From Eledone cirrhosa (taxonomy: Eukaryota): DNA of 64,000 bases. The notes below the pieces were generated by a model. The model saw nothing but the letters and a program-made list of their open reading frames with translations. It had not been told where the DNA came from and searched no databases. The translations under genes and the position numbers were made by a program. This document shows positions 28,798-45,538 of this stretch, one piece after another; position 1 is the stretch's first letter; each line of letters starts with the position of its first letter. Location of the stretch: assembly GCA_964016885.1 (NCBI GenBank), contig OZ024740.1, positions 93,806,001-93,870,000 on the forward strand. Reading direction: 5' to 3'.

Positions 28798-28804
<7 letters not shown>
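28163..28804. mobile_element. Foldback of Nematis-like pLTRs with HHRs at 28415-28457 (-) and 28573-28615 (+)
   Basis: GTCA-CTGAAGA-G-GTCACA taatg TGTGAC-GAAA-GAAC-TT-TGAC. Centre near 28515; tail on the left arm only. Confidence 0.9.
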
Positions 28805-28838
<34 letters not shown>

Positions 28839-29515
28839 AGTCCTTGCTTATATCTTAGTAAACATCAGTAGTGTGCAAACATGATTTTGTCGTACATGGT
28901 CATCTTTTGACCGTTCAGACGCATATAGATACCCAACCATGCAGTGAAATGTTGCAGGTAAACATCTACGGTCAATTAGCATGTAGGGAGTCATCGAGTA
29001 CGCACCGTTCTCAAAATCGTCTACTAATTATTCGATATCATATTAACTACACAATAAATCTAAACTGTCTGAAATAACCTATTCCTTATTGCATTCACCT
29101 TGTTGCATTTAAACACATTTACCTACGCACACACGTGCTTCCAATTAAATAGTATTTGAAAATTCCAAAAGCAAATTGAATAATAAGGAAAAGAAGGCAC
29201 AGTATCAATGCAAAATTACAAACACAATAGGAAATAATTTAATAACCACGACATAAATGTCAAAATACAAAAAAATTCAAATAAGCAGAAATTGCTTATT
29301 TCAGACCAAATAACGAATCGTCTAACATTAACATCTAATATTAACTACAAATAATTGCTCTCAACTTGGACTGATCACAGACAATGACAATAGAAAAACA
29401 TAGATGTTGTCAATTATTTTTCTCTTTAAATAATATGTCTAGGTAAATTGTTCAAAATAGCAACACAATCAGAAGCGATATATTAGGTCAACCCTTGATA
29501 TGGAAGGAATGGGGG

Positions 29516-29551
29516 TCTTAACGTTTCGGACGCTAGTCCTTCATCAAAAGA
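29516..29551 (-). ncRNA. Penelope-type minimal HHR (C3 mutated to U)
   Basis: TCTT-TTGATGA-A-GGAC tagc GTCC-GAAA-CG-TT-AAGA. Confidence 0.75.
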
Positions 29552-29838
29552 AAGAATGAGGAGTAAGATAGATTGAGGGGAAGGGCCGGTTGGAATACGG
29601 CTGAGAAGATGTAGGTGTTGTAAGAGGATTGTAGTAGAGGAAAAGGAGTAGAGATTAGTGAAATATTTAAATGCAGGAAGAAAACAAAATTTCAATGATA
29701 CTAAAGATTTCCTGGTGGAAGTTCAGGTTCGGGTGTAGTCCGGGTTAGTATCCACTTTCAGGGTGAGATGCCAATTAAAAAACCCAAAGAAATTTCAGAG
29801 GTTCACATAAGCCTTGATATATATATATATATATATAG

Positions 29839-29871
<33 letters not shown>

Positions 29872-29922
29872 CGTGTGTGTTTGTGTATGTAAAAGGTAAA
29901 CAGAATATATATATACATATTT

Positions 29923-30020
<98 letters not shown>

Positions 30021-30074
30021 TTATATACTTATTAGGATTGCTGCTCTGAAATAGCGATGTATACATGAATGTAT

Positions 30075-30436
30075 TATAGTATATTTGGCAATATACCCTA
30101 TGTTTAATTAAACACATTTTGAAGACTTTGTGGTGTCATTTTCAAACTAGTGACTATGTCACTTACTTCTTTATTTTCCGGCAAATGAAGGGAGAGAAGC
30201 TGACAGAATCGCTCGGTATTATCTGTTCCTGATTATTACTTGAATTCTGTATGAATCCAGTCTCTATAATATTCGGCACTGAGGATCACCAACAGCGTGA
30301 AACAAAATATGTCAGCTTCTCTCCCTTATTTTGAGGAAAAAAGTACTAAGTGACATAGTCACTACGTTAAAAATTATAGCGCAGTGTCTTCAACATATTT
30401 TTAATTAAACATACGTATATTGGCAAATATACTATA
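30075..30436. mobile_element. Foldback pLTR-like element with decayed HHR at 30275-30316 (+)
   Basis: Arms 30075-30205 and 30310-30436. GGCA-CTGAGGA-T-CAC caaca GCG-T-GAAA-CA aaata TG-TC-AGC. Confidence 0.7.
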
Positions 30437-30523
30437 CGCACACACACACACGTACACACACATGCACACGCACACGCACACACACACCCACACACACACG
30501 CATATATATATATATATATATAT

Positions 30524-30735
30524 ATTAGAAAGTGAGGTATTTTTTTATTACAAAATGAAAGATAACCGAGGTGTCCTACACGAGTGAAAGTATAAAGAAA
30601 AAGAGATGAAATCGAAAGTGCAACTGAAGTGTTATTTTTTTTTAAAATATATATATTTATTTGGTTCCTTTACCGGTTTCGCAGTTCTTCTGCTTTTCAA
30701 AAGGTGAGTTGAGATGGAGCGTCTGTGGTTTTTCT

Positions 30736-30740
<5 letters not shown>
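30524..30740 (-). mobile_element. Solo pLTR-like repeat with intact HHR at 30667-30704 (U3-A8 core)
   Basis: CCTT-TTGAAAA-GCAG aagaa CTGC-GAAA-CCGG-TA-AAGG, followed by AATAAA. Confidence 0.85.
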
Positions 30741-30789
<49 letters not shown>

Positions 30790-30790
<1 letters not shown>

Positions 30791-31017
30791 CCGCAAGGAC
30801 TGTCCATTTATTTTTGAGACTCGAAACCGATTCGGTAAAGGTAAACATAGTGCGTACAGTGAATTTTTAAAAATCTATTTTGAAACTATTTCTTATTTGG
30901 TAAACCTTGATTATATATGTTCTGGCTCGTTAATTTATTATCCTGCCATTGAACCACATTGGCATATGGTTGGATAATACATTTGTCCCTAGACGCTTTT
31001 TGCGTGTAGGGATATAT
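30790..31017 (+). mobile_element. pLTR-like fragment with 3' half of an HHR; homologous to 43170-43460 (-)
   Basis: GAAA-CCGATTCGG-TA-AAGG. Shared ccttgatt..atatgttctggct..ttgaaccaca. Confidence 0.6.
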
Positions 31018-31019
31018 AC

Positions 31020-31098
<79 letters not shown>

Positions 31099-31626
31099 CC
31101 AGCTGGTGTTGTTACGGAATCAAACAATCTTTGCCCAGACAGAGTATATATAATAGAAAAAAAGAGGAAGTTTCATTATGGATGAAAAATATTTATAGGG
31201 CGTAGCACAGATACTCAATAAATGTTTATATGTAAACGAATCTTACTAGATTTTTTTCTCTTATATATATATATATATATATCAACGTGCCCAGACACGC
31301 AGATGTATTGCTCTTAGTATGACAGTGTGGTTTTAGCTCAAGTAGGATAACTAGTATACTACAGAGCCGTTATAAGTTTAGGAACAATCAAAGAGTGCTT
31401 AGAAATACATTGTTTTATTAGCTAACAGTGTTTCATCCATACACTTTGGGAGGAATCACAGGAGCCTAAATAAGAGTAGTTGCATGCTTCATCATGCTGC
31501 GTCCACAGAACAAGCTTACACGACCAGCAGCGGCGTCCCAAAGCCAGCACTATATAGAAAAAGACACAATACATGACGCACATAATGTCATAAATGTAAT
31601 AAAAAATTACATCAAAAATTACATCA

Positions 31627-33245
<1,619 letters not shown>

Positions 33246-33882
33246 GGTGGGGGGAGTGTATGTATATATGCATGCATGATGCCCAACATTCAGAGATATG
33301 GCTTAATACAATTATAAGACTATTTTCAATTCTCAAATGGGAGTTTACCCAAAATAGATTGAACCGCTCACCCGACACTTCCAATCGCTATATACTAACG
33401 GATCACCACCTCCAACCCGCACTCGCCGCAACTTCTGCAAACGATGATACTTGCCTTTAATCAATCTGTGTAAAACTGACGGCCCGGTGATTTAAACCCT
33501 GTCAAATCAGCTATTCTGACAGATTTCACTGGTTGTCAACTTCAACGTCATCTCTTCCACTTTTAAAGTGACTTATCCATTTCTAGGTTGTTGATCTTTT
33601 TGGCTCTTCTTTCCATAACATTGTTCCAGAGCGTCAATGATTGGGTTTCCGTTCTACACAAACTGCACAATGAATTTAACATTTTGATGGAGAATATGTT
33701 GCTTGAGTGGGTGCTGTCTTCGAACTGGTAGTACCGTTGTGCACCATGCATTTAAGGGTTTAATCATCGTGGAACGTATTATGATATATCAATACAATAA
33801 CCTACAGGTGCATAGAGACCCAAATCCCTGCATATGAGTTTTAGCAATGCAGTTTTGTAACGAATTTTTGAAGGCCCCTCCG

Positions 33883-33963
<81 letters not shown>

Positions 33964-34087
33964 TACAAAATTAAGATAAATTAAATGAATACAATCTAAA
34001 TCGAAATTGTGGATGTCATACCTTAACGGAATGCGTCATATCGCCCGGAAAATAAGCTCACAGATTTTGTAGTTGCGAGCATTTTAT

Positions 34088-34492
34088 AATAACTAGGAAT
34101 TGATCAACATAGATATAAATAAATATAAACATGAATAATCACAGGAGATAATATTTACAAGCGTGTAACCACGCATGTCTAGTAGGTAACAAATAAATAA
34201 AGTTAACTAGAACTTCCAAAATAGAAACCTTTAATGATTAATCTTCTCTGAATATATTTCATTAAAGAACTATATTTCACCAATTAATCAGATGGTAATT
34301 GGTGAAATATATTTCTTAATGAAATATATTCAGAGAAGATTAATCATTAAATGGTATCTATTTTTGAAGTTCTGGTTAACTTTGTTTATTTGTTACCTAC
34401 TAGCCATGCGTGGTTACACGCTTGTAAAAATTATCTCCTGTGATATATTTATGTTTATATTTATTTATATATATGTTGATCAATTCCTAGTT

Positions 34493-34494
<2 letters not shown>
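34088..34494. mobile_element. Foldback (centre ~34290), pLTR-like, with HHR 3' half
   Basis: Arms of ~200 bp. GAAA-TATA-TT-CAGA is present on both arms; a CTGATTA remnant lies at the centre on the minus strand. Confidence 0.7.
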
Positions 34495-34582
<88 letters not shown>

Positions 34583-34714
34583 TATATATATATATATATA
34601 GGAAACGAGTCAGAAACACGGCGGCGGTGCTCCGGCCGTTTCGATAGTTAGATCCGAACGAAGCCAGTAGTATTAGCTTCTTAGTCAACCTGGTTCCTTA
34701 CCACACTTTCATCG

Positions 34715-35908
<1,194 letters not shown>

Positions 35909-36174
35909 TATATATATATAATTGGTGTGGGATGCTTAAAGCGTTCGTATGCGGTATGCCGTTTGAAGACTCGATGGTCCTACAGTGCAGAGTATAATAT
36001 CACATAAGAAACGGAGAATCAGTGATGAGACGAAATAAATGTATTATACATATTTCTATAGTTTCTCTGGCGTCCAGTCAGTTCGAGGCACGATCGATGG
36101 TCGCCAGAGAAAGGACTGTAGTACGCCTGACACATTTTAGTTCGGCGCACCACTGATTCTCCGTTTCTTATGTG

Positions 36175-36308
<134 letters not shown>

Positions 36309-36324
36309 ATATATATATATTCAT

Positions 36325-36501
<177 letters not shown>

Positions 36502-36599
36502 TATATATATAAAAGAGAAAACACAGGTAAGCATTAAGAGAAGGATTTAATCCAGGTATTTACGACCGTTTCATTGTATCTAAATTTATACAATTTGAC

Positions 36600-38186
36600 A
36601 TTAACGATCATTACTCATCTATATCCCCCAAAATCTTGGATAAAGCATTAGCATTCGCCAAACCCAATTCTGACATAACAGACGACGAGATAAAAATCAT
36701 ATTAGCTGCTAGGAAAACAATAATTAAATTTGAAAACGCCTATTGGGAACGTAAGGATAGATTAAATAACTTTGACATCACGATGGGGGCTAACGACTCG
36801 GCTCAAGTCACACACTTAGTAGGTATTTACATAGCCCACAGTTTTCAAAGCGAGTTTAGTGACCTTCACGGTGGAATCTACAGAGACGACGCCCTTCTCC
36901 TAGTTAAGAACCTAAATAACCAGAGCATAGAAAGACTCCGTAAGAATATATGAAAGACTCTCGGAAAACTAGACCTTAGCATAACGTACGAGTATAGCAC
37001 TAAAACAGTTAACTTTCTAGGTGTGTCGCTTAACCTAAATACGGGACTTATAAGACCTTTTCACAAGATTAATGAAAACTTAGCATACATCAACTGTAAC
37101 TCAAACCACCCACTATCAATAATTAAATCCATTCCACGAAACATATCCCTTAGGACCTCCCGCCTCTCATCTAACCGGCAAATCTTCGAAGAACATGCAG
37201 AATACTACAATACCGCATTAGACAAGGTAGGCCACTTATTTAGAGTAGAATATATAGATGAAAGCCTCTGTGAAGCACACACGAACACGCATAACACAAA
37301 CTCCAGAAACACACGCATACACACATTTACGCATAGAACTGCAAAGTATACGGCAAATAGAAGTACAACATCGAAATCAAACAAGTCACTCAGTAGAAAA
37401 TATATTTGGTATAACCCCATATTTAACACCTCTATTAGTACTAACCTAACCTCTACTTTCTTTAGAATAATAAATAGGCACCTTCCAGATTCACATAAAT
37501 ACAGCAAAATCCTTAACACTAAATCTATTAGACTATCCTACTCCACGGCACCAAATATAGAAGCACACATTAAGATGCTTAACGCTAAAAAGATACATAA
37601 CAACACCAAAACACAAATTTACAATAACAATACAATTACCACCGAACACAACAGAATATCTAATACACAACCACCCGCTAATAGGCAAACAAAACGTAAC
37701 ACACTTGTTCAGGCATCGCAGCCCACAAATAATGCCAAAGTTGCCCATAACAAGAAATGCAACTGCCACCTACCTGAAACCTGTCCATTACAAAATGAAT
37801 GTATGCAGTCTAACCTGATTTACCATTGCACAGTGGAATCAGACAACCAGAAATGGTATAACATCGGAGCGACTGGGAATACCTTTAAAGCTCGTTGGTA
37901 TACACACCGTTACGCAATGAAACATTCCCAGCACCGTTATGTAACTACACATGCAAACAAGACCTGGCAACTGAGGGAAAGTAACCATCAATACACCCTG
38001 AAGTGGAAAAAATTATCAAACGCGCCCCCATATCGGAGTGGTATCAAAAGCTGTCGATTATGCGACCTTGAGCTGTTCCACATCTTAAGTTCGGAGAATA
38101 GGTTACTCAACAATAAAATTGAGAGATCAATTTATTGTAACCATAGACTCAAAGAGAAATTTTCGCACTACAAATCGAACACTTAA
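36600..38186 (+). pseudogene. Naiad-like RT plus GIY-YIG ORF with one in-frame TGA at 36951-36953
   Basis: Motifs: FDITMGANDSAQV..LVG, GIYRDDAL, VNFLGVSLNL, SNHP, IWYNP, CNCHLPETCPL, LIYHC..NIGATGNTFKARW..H, CRLCDLE, CNH. Confidence 0.92.
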
Positions 38187-38457
38187 CCTCTTGTACCAAC
38201 TGACAAACTGCATATATTAGACTTTATACCCTTTATATCTAGACGCTTTAATTACCCACAAAACCAATACATATATCCCCCCTTCTCCCTCATTCCTCTT
38301 CTATTTCTTCGTTTTCTTCCTTCCTTCCCCCTTCTTGGCTATCTTTTCTTTTCTTCCTTCTCACCCCCTTCTTTGCTTTTATTTTTGTCATTATTATCTT
38401 TATTTTTATTTTTTATATATATATGTGTGTATATATATATATATATATGTGTGTATA

Positions 38458-38521
<64 letters not shown>

Positions 38522-38605
38522 CATACACACACACACACACACATATACACACATACATATATATATATAGGATACTTGAAACTTTTTCATTATTTGCTAA
38601 ACCTT

Positions 38606-38669
<64 letters not shown>

Positions 38670-38987
38670 CTCTTTATATCCCCCGCCCCTCTCTCTATCC
38701 CTCTCTATCCATCCCTCACACTATTATCTATTTCATTCTCTTTAACTCACTACACTCCACGACATGATATCTGCTATCAAAACTGACCAAATAATCCTTC
38801 CACCTCTACCCCTACCTCCACCTCAGTTTGTCATTCTACTTCCTACCTCTTCCCCCTTCCTCTCTCTCTCTCTATACTATGCCGTCCGTCCCCTCACCTC
38901 CTGATTCCTCTCTCTCTATACTAGTAAATACAATTCCAAATAAATGTTTTTCTCTATATATTAAGAATTATTTCAAGAGTAACTCAC

Positions 38988-39089
38988 TATTTTGAAAATG
39001 TTGACTGTGAACAACAATTATAATTGAGTGGCTGCTATTTGCAGTATAGCAATATAAGGTTGCACTTACCAATGAAACGGTCGTAAATA
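38988..39089 (+). ncRNA. Type I HHR, U3-A8 core, 75 nt stem II domain
   Basis: TATT-TTGAAAA-T..(75 nt)..T-GAAA-CGGTCG-TA-AATA. Confidence 0.65.
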
Positions 39090-39267
39090 CCTGGATTAAA
39101 TCCTTCTCTTAATGCTTACCTGTGTTTTCTCTTTTATACTTTATACTCCAAGATTGAACGGAATTCTTACAAACTTGTGGAGTTACCCCTAACCGTGCGT
39201 TGAAACCATCCATGAAACTGGCTTTCTTAACCAAAAACTGGATCACAATAAGCAATTTTTTGCTTCT

Positions 39268-39359
<92 letters not shown>

Positions 39360-40569
39360 ATATATTAGAATGTTAATAGATAGATAAATATATTTATCTG
39401 TAACATTAGTTGAAGCCTTGTGAACCCATGTTCTATTGGCCTGTTAGCAGCATCATATTTACCAAGGACATATTTATTATGGACACAAACTTTGTTATAA
39501 GGCACCCAAATAATTGTTATAGATGGATGGTGAACAAATCCTTCTTATTTCATCATTGCATTATGTTTGTAATATTAATTTTTTTCTTTACTTCAAATCA
39601 TAATCTTCGAACATGACCGACACAGATCATCAATGATTCCGGAACATTTGTTCAGTTAATCACGCGGTATCAATGAAGTTTAATGTTTTACAAATTATAA
39701 TTTCCAATTCCTCTCTACATAATTCGAATGTGCCTGTATAAATCGAAGTATGCTTTACTTTTCTAATATGAGTTAACATTCAACACACTGCTATGGGTTG
39801 AATAAATTTTATGAGTAAGAAAATTCGTCTCAATTACGACCGTGATATGAACAACCGCCAGATACGCAGATTCGTCAAAACAGAACTCAATTTGCGGGCA
39901 TCTAGGTCAACGGTTTTCACGTTGAATTGGTAGACCTGCATCAATAATTCATATGGTCGTCAAAACTATATGCTAATATCATAACATGTTATATCTGTTT
40001 TTTTTATTGCACATAAAATCGATATACTCCTATTAATAATAGTTGTTTTATTTCATATTTAAACCGGGAATGTAACACTCATGGATGTGCTTATCGATTG
40101 CATCATCTGTAAATATGCAATGCTAATGTGCGATATTATAGATTTATTGTGATTAATACCGAGTTGGACAATCTAACTTGAAATATCGATCTATTACCTA
40201 GTAAAACTAATACTCCCGTCATAAATGCTTAATTAAATTTTCGGGGACATAATATCCCATTAGGCAAGCCATGGGATAAATGAACAGAAAATATCTGCAG
40301 CTCAATGTTACAGAAATATTATGACAATGAATCTTCTTTATAAAAATATATATTACAAATGGTTATTTAAGTTTGTGGAAATGTTTTCAGAATTACGTGG
40401 ATTGGTGTCAATTAGTATATGCACACATACATACAAACACACACACACACAGACATCTGTTTACGCGACTGACTCATTTGACTATTTTGCTATACATATT
40501 ATGTGTATGTTAGAGCGGTTAAAGAGCCAAAATATGACAGAGCCGTTTGGAAACATGAAATCCGTGTCG

Positions 40570-41500
40570 ACATGATAAAATCATTAAATAGAGAATATAG
40601 TATGTGGCTAAATCGTGTTTGGGGAGGGACCAGGATTTCTGGCAAGGCAATCTATGGCTATCAGGAGTGAAATTCTCAGTATTCAAAATTGTAGATCTCT
40701 TTGCTTGCGGCTAAAGGCTTAGCTAAGTTCGAAGCAAAGAGTTGCAGGGATAATCTCGAACCCAAGAGAAAGCTTAGCACACCAAATATTCGCATTTAGG
40801 CAGATCTGGAGAAATTGTGGGAGTATTGCCTAGATTTATATACCTTGAAAAGGCATATGACTGTGGACCTCGTGACCTCTTGTGGAAGATTGTGGAGGAG
40901 TATCGGATGGTCATGTACTTATTTCCATGATGTCTCTATAAGGACGCCCGAGTATATTTATTGGGATAAATGTTGCTAAATTGAAGCCGTTCAATGTAGG
41001 AATCAGACTCCTCCTACTGTGGGTACGGTCAGCTATTCTATAAATTATTTACATGAACAGGTTCAACTAAAGAGCCTGGTTGGGATCAACAAGTTGACTG
41101 GTGGTTGTAAAATTAGTTGTGCGTAAGTTGCAAACGGCATCATGTGAATTAACTAGACAAATAAGCCTACGAAGATAAAACAAAATGGAGGTAGCCGTAA
41201 AAGTCAAACTCGCTAATTTCATGTCGATATTCGTTCGGATACTTACCAATAGTAACGTATCTTGGGTAATGACCGAAAGAATACGATCGCGAAAATAAGC
41301 GGGCGAAATGTGGTTTTCCAAAAGGTATTTGCAGTAATTTTAAATCTTAGAGTGCGTAGTTTGGAGATCAGAGATTCACTACAGAGCAGCTACATATCCG
41401 AATTGAGATACCACAGCTCCGACAATATGGGCATGGGGTTAGAACTTTTCAGGAATAAGTCACTGTTCAGATAATATTATGCAACTGGCTTATCGAGAGA
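40570..41500 (+). mobile_element. Decayed RTE-clade LINE RT fragment
   Basis: FIYLEKAYDCGPRDLLWKIVEEYR matches the FxDLEKAYDxVPR..LW..EYG motif. Confidence 0.65.
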
Positions 41501-41688
41501 TATATAAATTATTCCGTTCATGATACATTCATGATCTTTAACTGAAGTGTAATTAATGAATATTTTACATACATGTACATTTGAGAAAATCTATTACATT
41601 ATGAGTGAAGATGTATATCCAAAAGTGGTAAATGGGTAGAAACTCGGGATACACACGCACACAAACATACATATATATATATAAATAT

Positions 41689-41770
<82 letters not shown>

Positions 41771-41774
<4 letters not shown>

Positions 41775-43051
41775 GAATGAAACCAAATTTTATTTCTCAC
41801 TCTTACCAGGGCACTTACTTAATTGAAGTATGTATGTATACAGACGTACAGTAGTATGTATATATATATATACATACATGCACACATATATATATGCACG
41901 TATCGGTTTACCGAACATTTATTATAATGCTTGGTTTGTTTGTTTGTAAACAAACAAACACCCCGAATTAAGCCGTACAGTGTTTAGGCAACCACGTCAC
42001 CTTTTTGTTCAACATTGACACAGGAACGATGTACTAGTTTCAAGCTTATTAGCTATCGTCAGCATCGTATACATTCATGCCAGATGGTTGAACGTGTGAA
42101 AGAATATACTTTCCCTATGCATATTAACGGCTGATCAGCCTAATTTGCATATCGAACGAGTTCAGTCGGCCAGACACATCGAAAACGATAAATGGAATAG
42201 AATGAAACGAAATTTCATTTCTCACTCTTATCTCGGCACTTACTTAAATGTAAGTATGTATGTATGTATGTATGTATACGTACATAATATATGTATACAG
42301 ACGTACATTAGTATATATATATATACATACATGCACACATATATTTATGCACTAGTACAACTAGTACATCGTTCCTGTGTCAGTGTTGAACAAAAAGGTG
42401 ACGTCGTTGTCTAAACACTGTACGGCGTAATTCGGGCTCTTTGTTTCTTTACAAACAAACAAACCGACCATTATAATAAATGTTCGGTAAACCGATACGT
42501 GCATATATATATGTGTGCATGTATGTAAATATATACATGCTACTGTACGTCTGTATACATATATGTATGTACGTATACATACATACTTACATTTAAGTAA
42601 GTGCTCTACTAAGAGTGAGAAATGAAATTTCGTTTCATTTTATTCCATTTATCGTTTTCGGTGTGCCCGGCCGACTGAACTCACTCGATATGCAAATTAG
42701 GCTGCTCAGCCGTTAATTTGCATAAGGAAAGTATATACTTTCAGACGTTCAACCATCTGGCAGGAAGGTATACGATGCTGACGATAGCTAATATGCTTGA
42801 AACTAGTACATCGTTCCTGTGTCAGTGTTGAACAAAAAGGTGACGTGGATGCCTAAACACTGTACGGCGTAATTCGGGTTCTTTGTTTGTTTATAAACAA
42901 ACAAACCGAGCATTATAATAAATGTTCGGTAAACCGATACGTGTATATATATATATATATAGTTGTGTGCATGCATGTATATATATATATATATATATAC
43001 AACTGTACGTCTGTATACATATATGTATGTACGTATACACACATACATACT

Positions 43052-43055
<4 letters not shown>
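41771..43055. repeat. Retrozyme-like array 4: ~1.3 units (-) joined at 42350 to ~1.6 units (+), period 442 nt
   Basis: Intact HHR at 42027-42067 (-), half HHR at 42360-42371 (+), HHR at 42773-42813 (+). Confidence 0.92.
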
Positions 43056-43134
<79 letters not shown>

Positions 43135-43328
43135 AAAGTATGTGTTCTATATGTAATTAATACATACAGGAATGCACTTATAGTCCGTATGCCAGTGTGG
43201 TTCAATAGCAAGTTAATAAGTTAACAAGCCAGAACATATAAAATCAAGGGATTGTAAACACGGAAAATATTTTAAAAAATAATAATAAATAATTAAATTC
43301 CAAAACATTCACTGTACTTACTATATGC

Positions 43329-43409
43329 GCCTTTTCTGCAATTTCTGATCCCAAATAAATAGACAATCCAAGTGGAGCTCCATTGAGAAAGAGATAATCG
43401 TCAGAGGGC
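43329..43409 (-). ncRNA. Decayed type I HHR with 52 nt stem II domain
   Basis: GCCCT-CTGACGA-TTATCTC...GGGATCA-GAAA-TTGCAG-AA-AAGGC. Confidence 0.6.
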
Positions 43410-43474
43410 ATTTCTCTCTTGGAGAATATAAAATTCCCGAGTTCAAATTCCACAATTGGCACCATACCAAACTG

Positions 43475-43755
43475 CCTCAGAATGAATCAGTAATGGGTAG
43501 GGACTCGTGCAAAGGCGAAAGCACGTTGGACAGAACAATCTAATGCTACTAAAAATAGCAGTTATACGAACGACCGAAGGTGTCTCTACCGGTGGGGAGA
43601 ATAATAATAATAGTAACAAAAACTATGTGTCCTATATTTAATTAATACATACAGGTCGTTCGTATAGGTGCTTTCTTTAGTAGCAATAGATTGACTTGTC
43701 CAACGTGCTTTCGCCTTTGAACGCGTTCCTAACCATAACTGATTATTTCTGAGGT
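43475..43755. repeat. Inverted repeat, 43475-43575 vs 43654-43755
   Basis: aaaggcgaaagcacgttggaca and its reverse complement. 43615-43655 also repeats 43134-43170. Confidence 0.75.
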
Positions 43756-45130
43756 TTGTTACATATTTCTCATTTCCATCTATATGATAGATGATTGCCA
43801 TTTCTTTGTGTAATGCAGTCGTGTTAAATAACAGGTCTGGTTTATCTATTTGCATATGTCTCATTGGACGTGTGAAAGCACTATTGCTAATGCGTTAATT
43901 CACATCCGTTAGGAGACATGGTAAGTGAGCCCATTTTATGGAAATGAGGTCCTATCCCTCAGTATAAAGAAGCGGTTTCTTTTGTAAAAACATTTCTGTT
44001 CGACTTTATGTTGACTATAGCCCTGGCTTCTCTGTCTTCCATTTCCTTCCCATGACAGAATTTCATCCGGTTTGAGCTATTCGTTTATTTTCACAGAAAG
44101 ATATTCCTGTCTCTAACGATAATACTGTTCTCCCAGTTGTCCTTTCTGTCCGGGGCAAATATAAAGCTTTTATAGCTGGAAATATTCCTATGAATTGCTC
44201 ACGTTGCATGTTGATATCTTCCGTAGATAGCCTATATGTCCAATTGTTTTGCTTTAGGGCCTATTCCTGAATCATTCTTCAGTTATGTTTGTGGATGTGG
44301 TAGCTTGAGAGAGACCATGAGCTTCCTGTCAGCTTCATATCTACAGTCTTTAAACATTACTAGTTCTCATATTTTATGAATAATAATATCGTTTGTGACA
44401 CATTGTGGATGAGTTCTTTTTATTTGTCAAACAGATGTCCAGGTTATATTGAATAATGTTCGATGAAATATGATTTATGCCATGAAAGGCCTGTTTATGA
44501 TGACCAGCAAGGAATGTGTTTGCGTTTGTTTATGTGACACCATTCCTGAGTGGGTGTGGACTACCGGACCTTTAATGTTGGAGAGCTTCACAGCAGTAGG
44601 ATGATTAAACTCCGATCCACATTTTAGCACTTCTCTATTTCTGAGGCTATCGTCAAACTTGTCTTCATGACTAGGGGCATCTGGTGGTCAATATTTGACA
44701 CGCAGTACCATCTCATTTTGTGTTGCTTTAAATGTAATATTAGCGTATCACATACAGATTTGGAATGTGACGACAGTTCAAAAAGTGTGACATATTCATG
44801 GTTGTGCAAAGCAACTATGATATCCCTCCCTCCAGTCAGTAAGAAATACAACAAACCTAGGTATGTGAATTTGCACATTAGTTATGCTAGCTGCCAGGTG
44901 AATTTCAGTTAGCGCAATGCATATAACGTTTTTTTTTTTTAGGTATCATAGTGAGTGGATCAAACTCATGTTGCTTAGTCATACGAGGTGTCAATCACAT
45001 TGTATTAGCACATGTGTGACATTTGGTGTGTTAGTAGTTGACGCTGATATGACATTTCCTTCAGTAACATTGGTCACAACTATGGATACTTTATTCGTGA
45101 TCGTTTTTCTTTCATATTCAATTATAATAT

Positions 45131-45319
45131 ATACAATATATTAATAAATGGAAACTATATTTATAAAACTATATTTATTTCATTATACATATTTCAAGGA
45201 CACCAAATCAAATTATGGTGCGCTTTCATCAGATAACATTGCTTTGGTGTCCTTGAAATATGTAAAATGAAATAAATATGGTTTTATAAATATAGTTTCC
45301 ATTTATTAATATATTGTAT
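45131..45319. repeat. Foldback with ~76 bp arms; shorter relative at 26716-26765
   Basis: Shared taataaatggaaactatat terminus and actcca..aaa..tgt tail. Confidence 0.85.
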
Positions 45320-45435
45320 TTTTACTCCAAAAAACTGTTGAGTGCTTTATATCAGTTATAAAAATATTTGCTTGTTGTATCCCAACAATTTAAATATAAC
45401 TTTTACACACACACCCATATATATATATGTATATA

Positions 45436-45538
<103 letters not shown>

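Larger units (their letters stand above)
36509..39272 (+). mobile_element. 5'-truncated Naiad-like PLE with inverted 5' arm (36509-36576 vs 39070-39138) and 3' tail
   Basis: RT plus GIY-YIG ORF, long 3' UTR, HHR, and (TA)n on both sides. Confidence 0.92.

Noticed and set aside
34623-34692. Minus-strand GAAA-CGGCCG motif as an HHR
   Set aside because: A palindromic stem III is present, but the core (CTAAGA) and cleavage triplet are defective. Single copy, so it cannot be confirmed.
36636-38186. Selenoprotein-encoding Naiad (Sec codons and SECIS are known in some Naiads)
   Set aside because: The readable Cys motif codons are TGC/TGT in the copies checked. The TGA at 36951 is not at a Cys motif, and no convincing SECIS was seen by eye.
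43500-43532. GCGAAAGCACGTT as an HHR 3' half
   Set aside because: No upstream core was found in either copy, and stem III does not pair properly.
45245-45285. HHR in the 45k foldback (TTGAAAT..GAAA)
   Set aside because: No stem I complement and no valid stem II.
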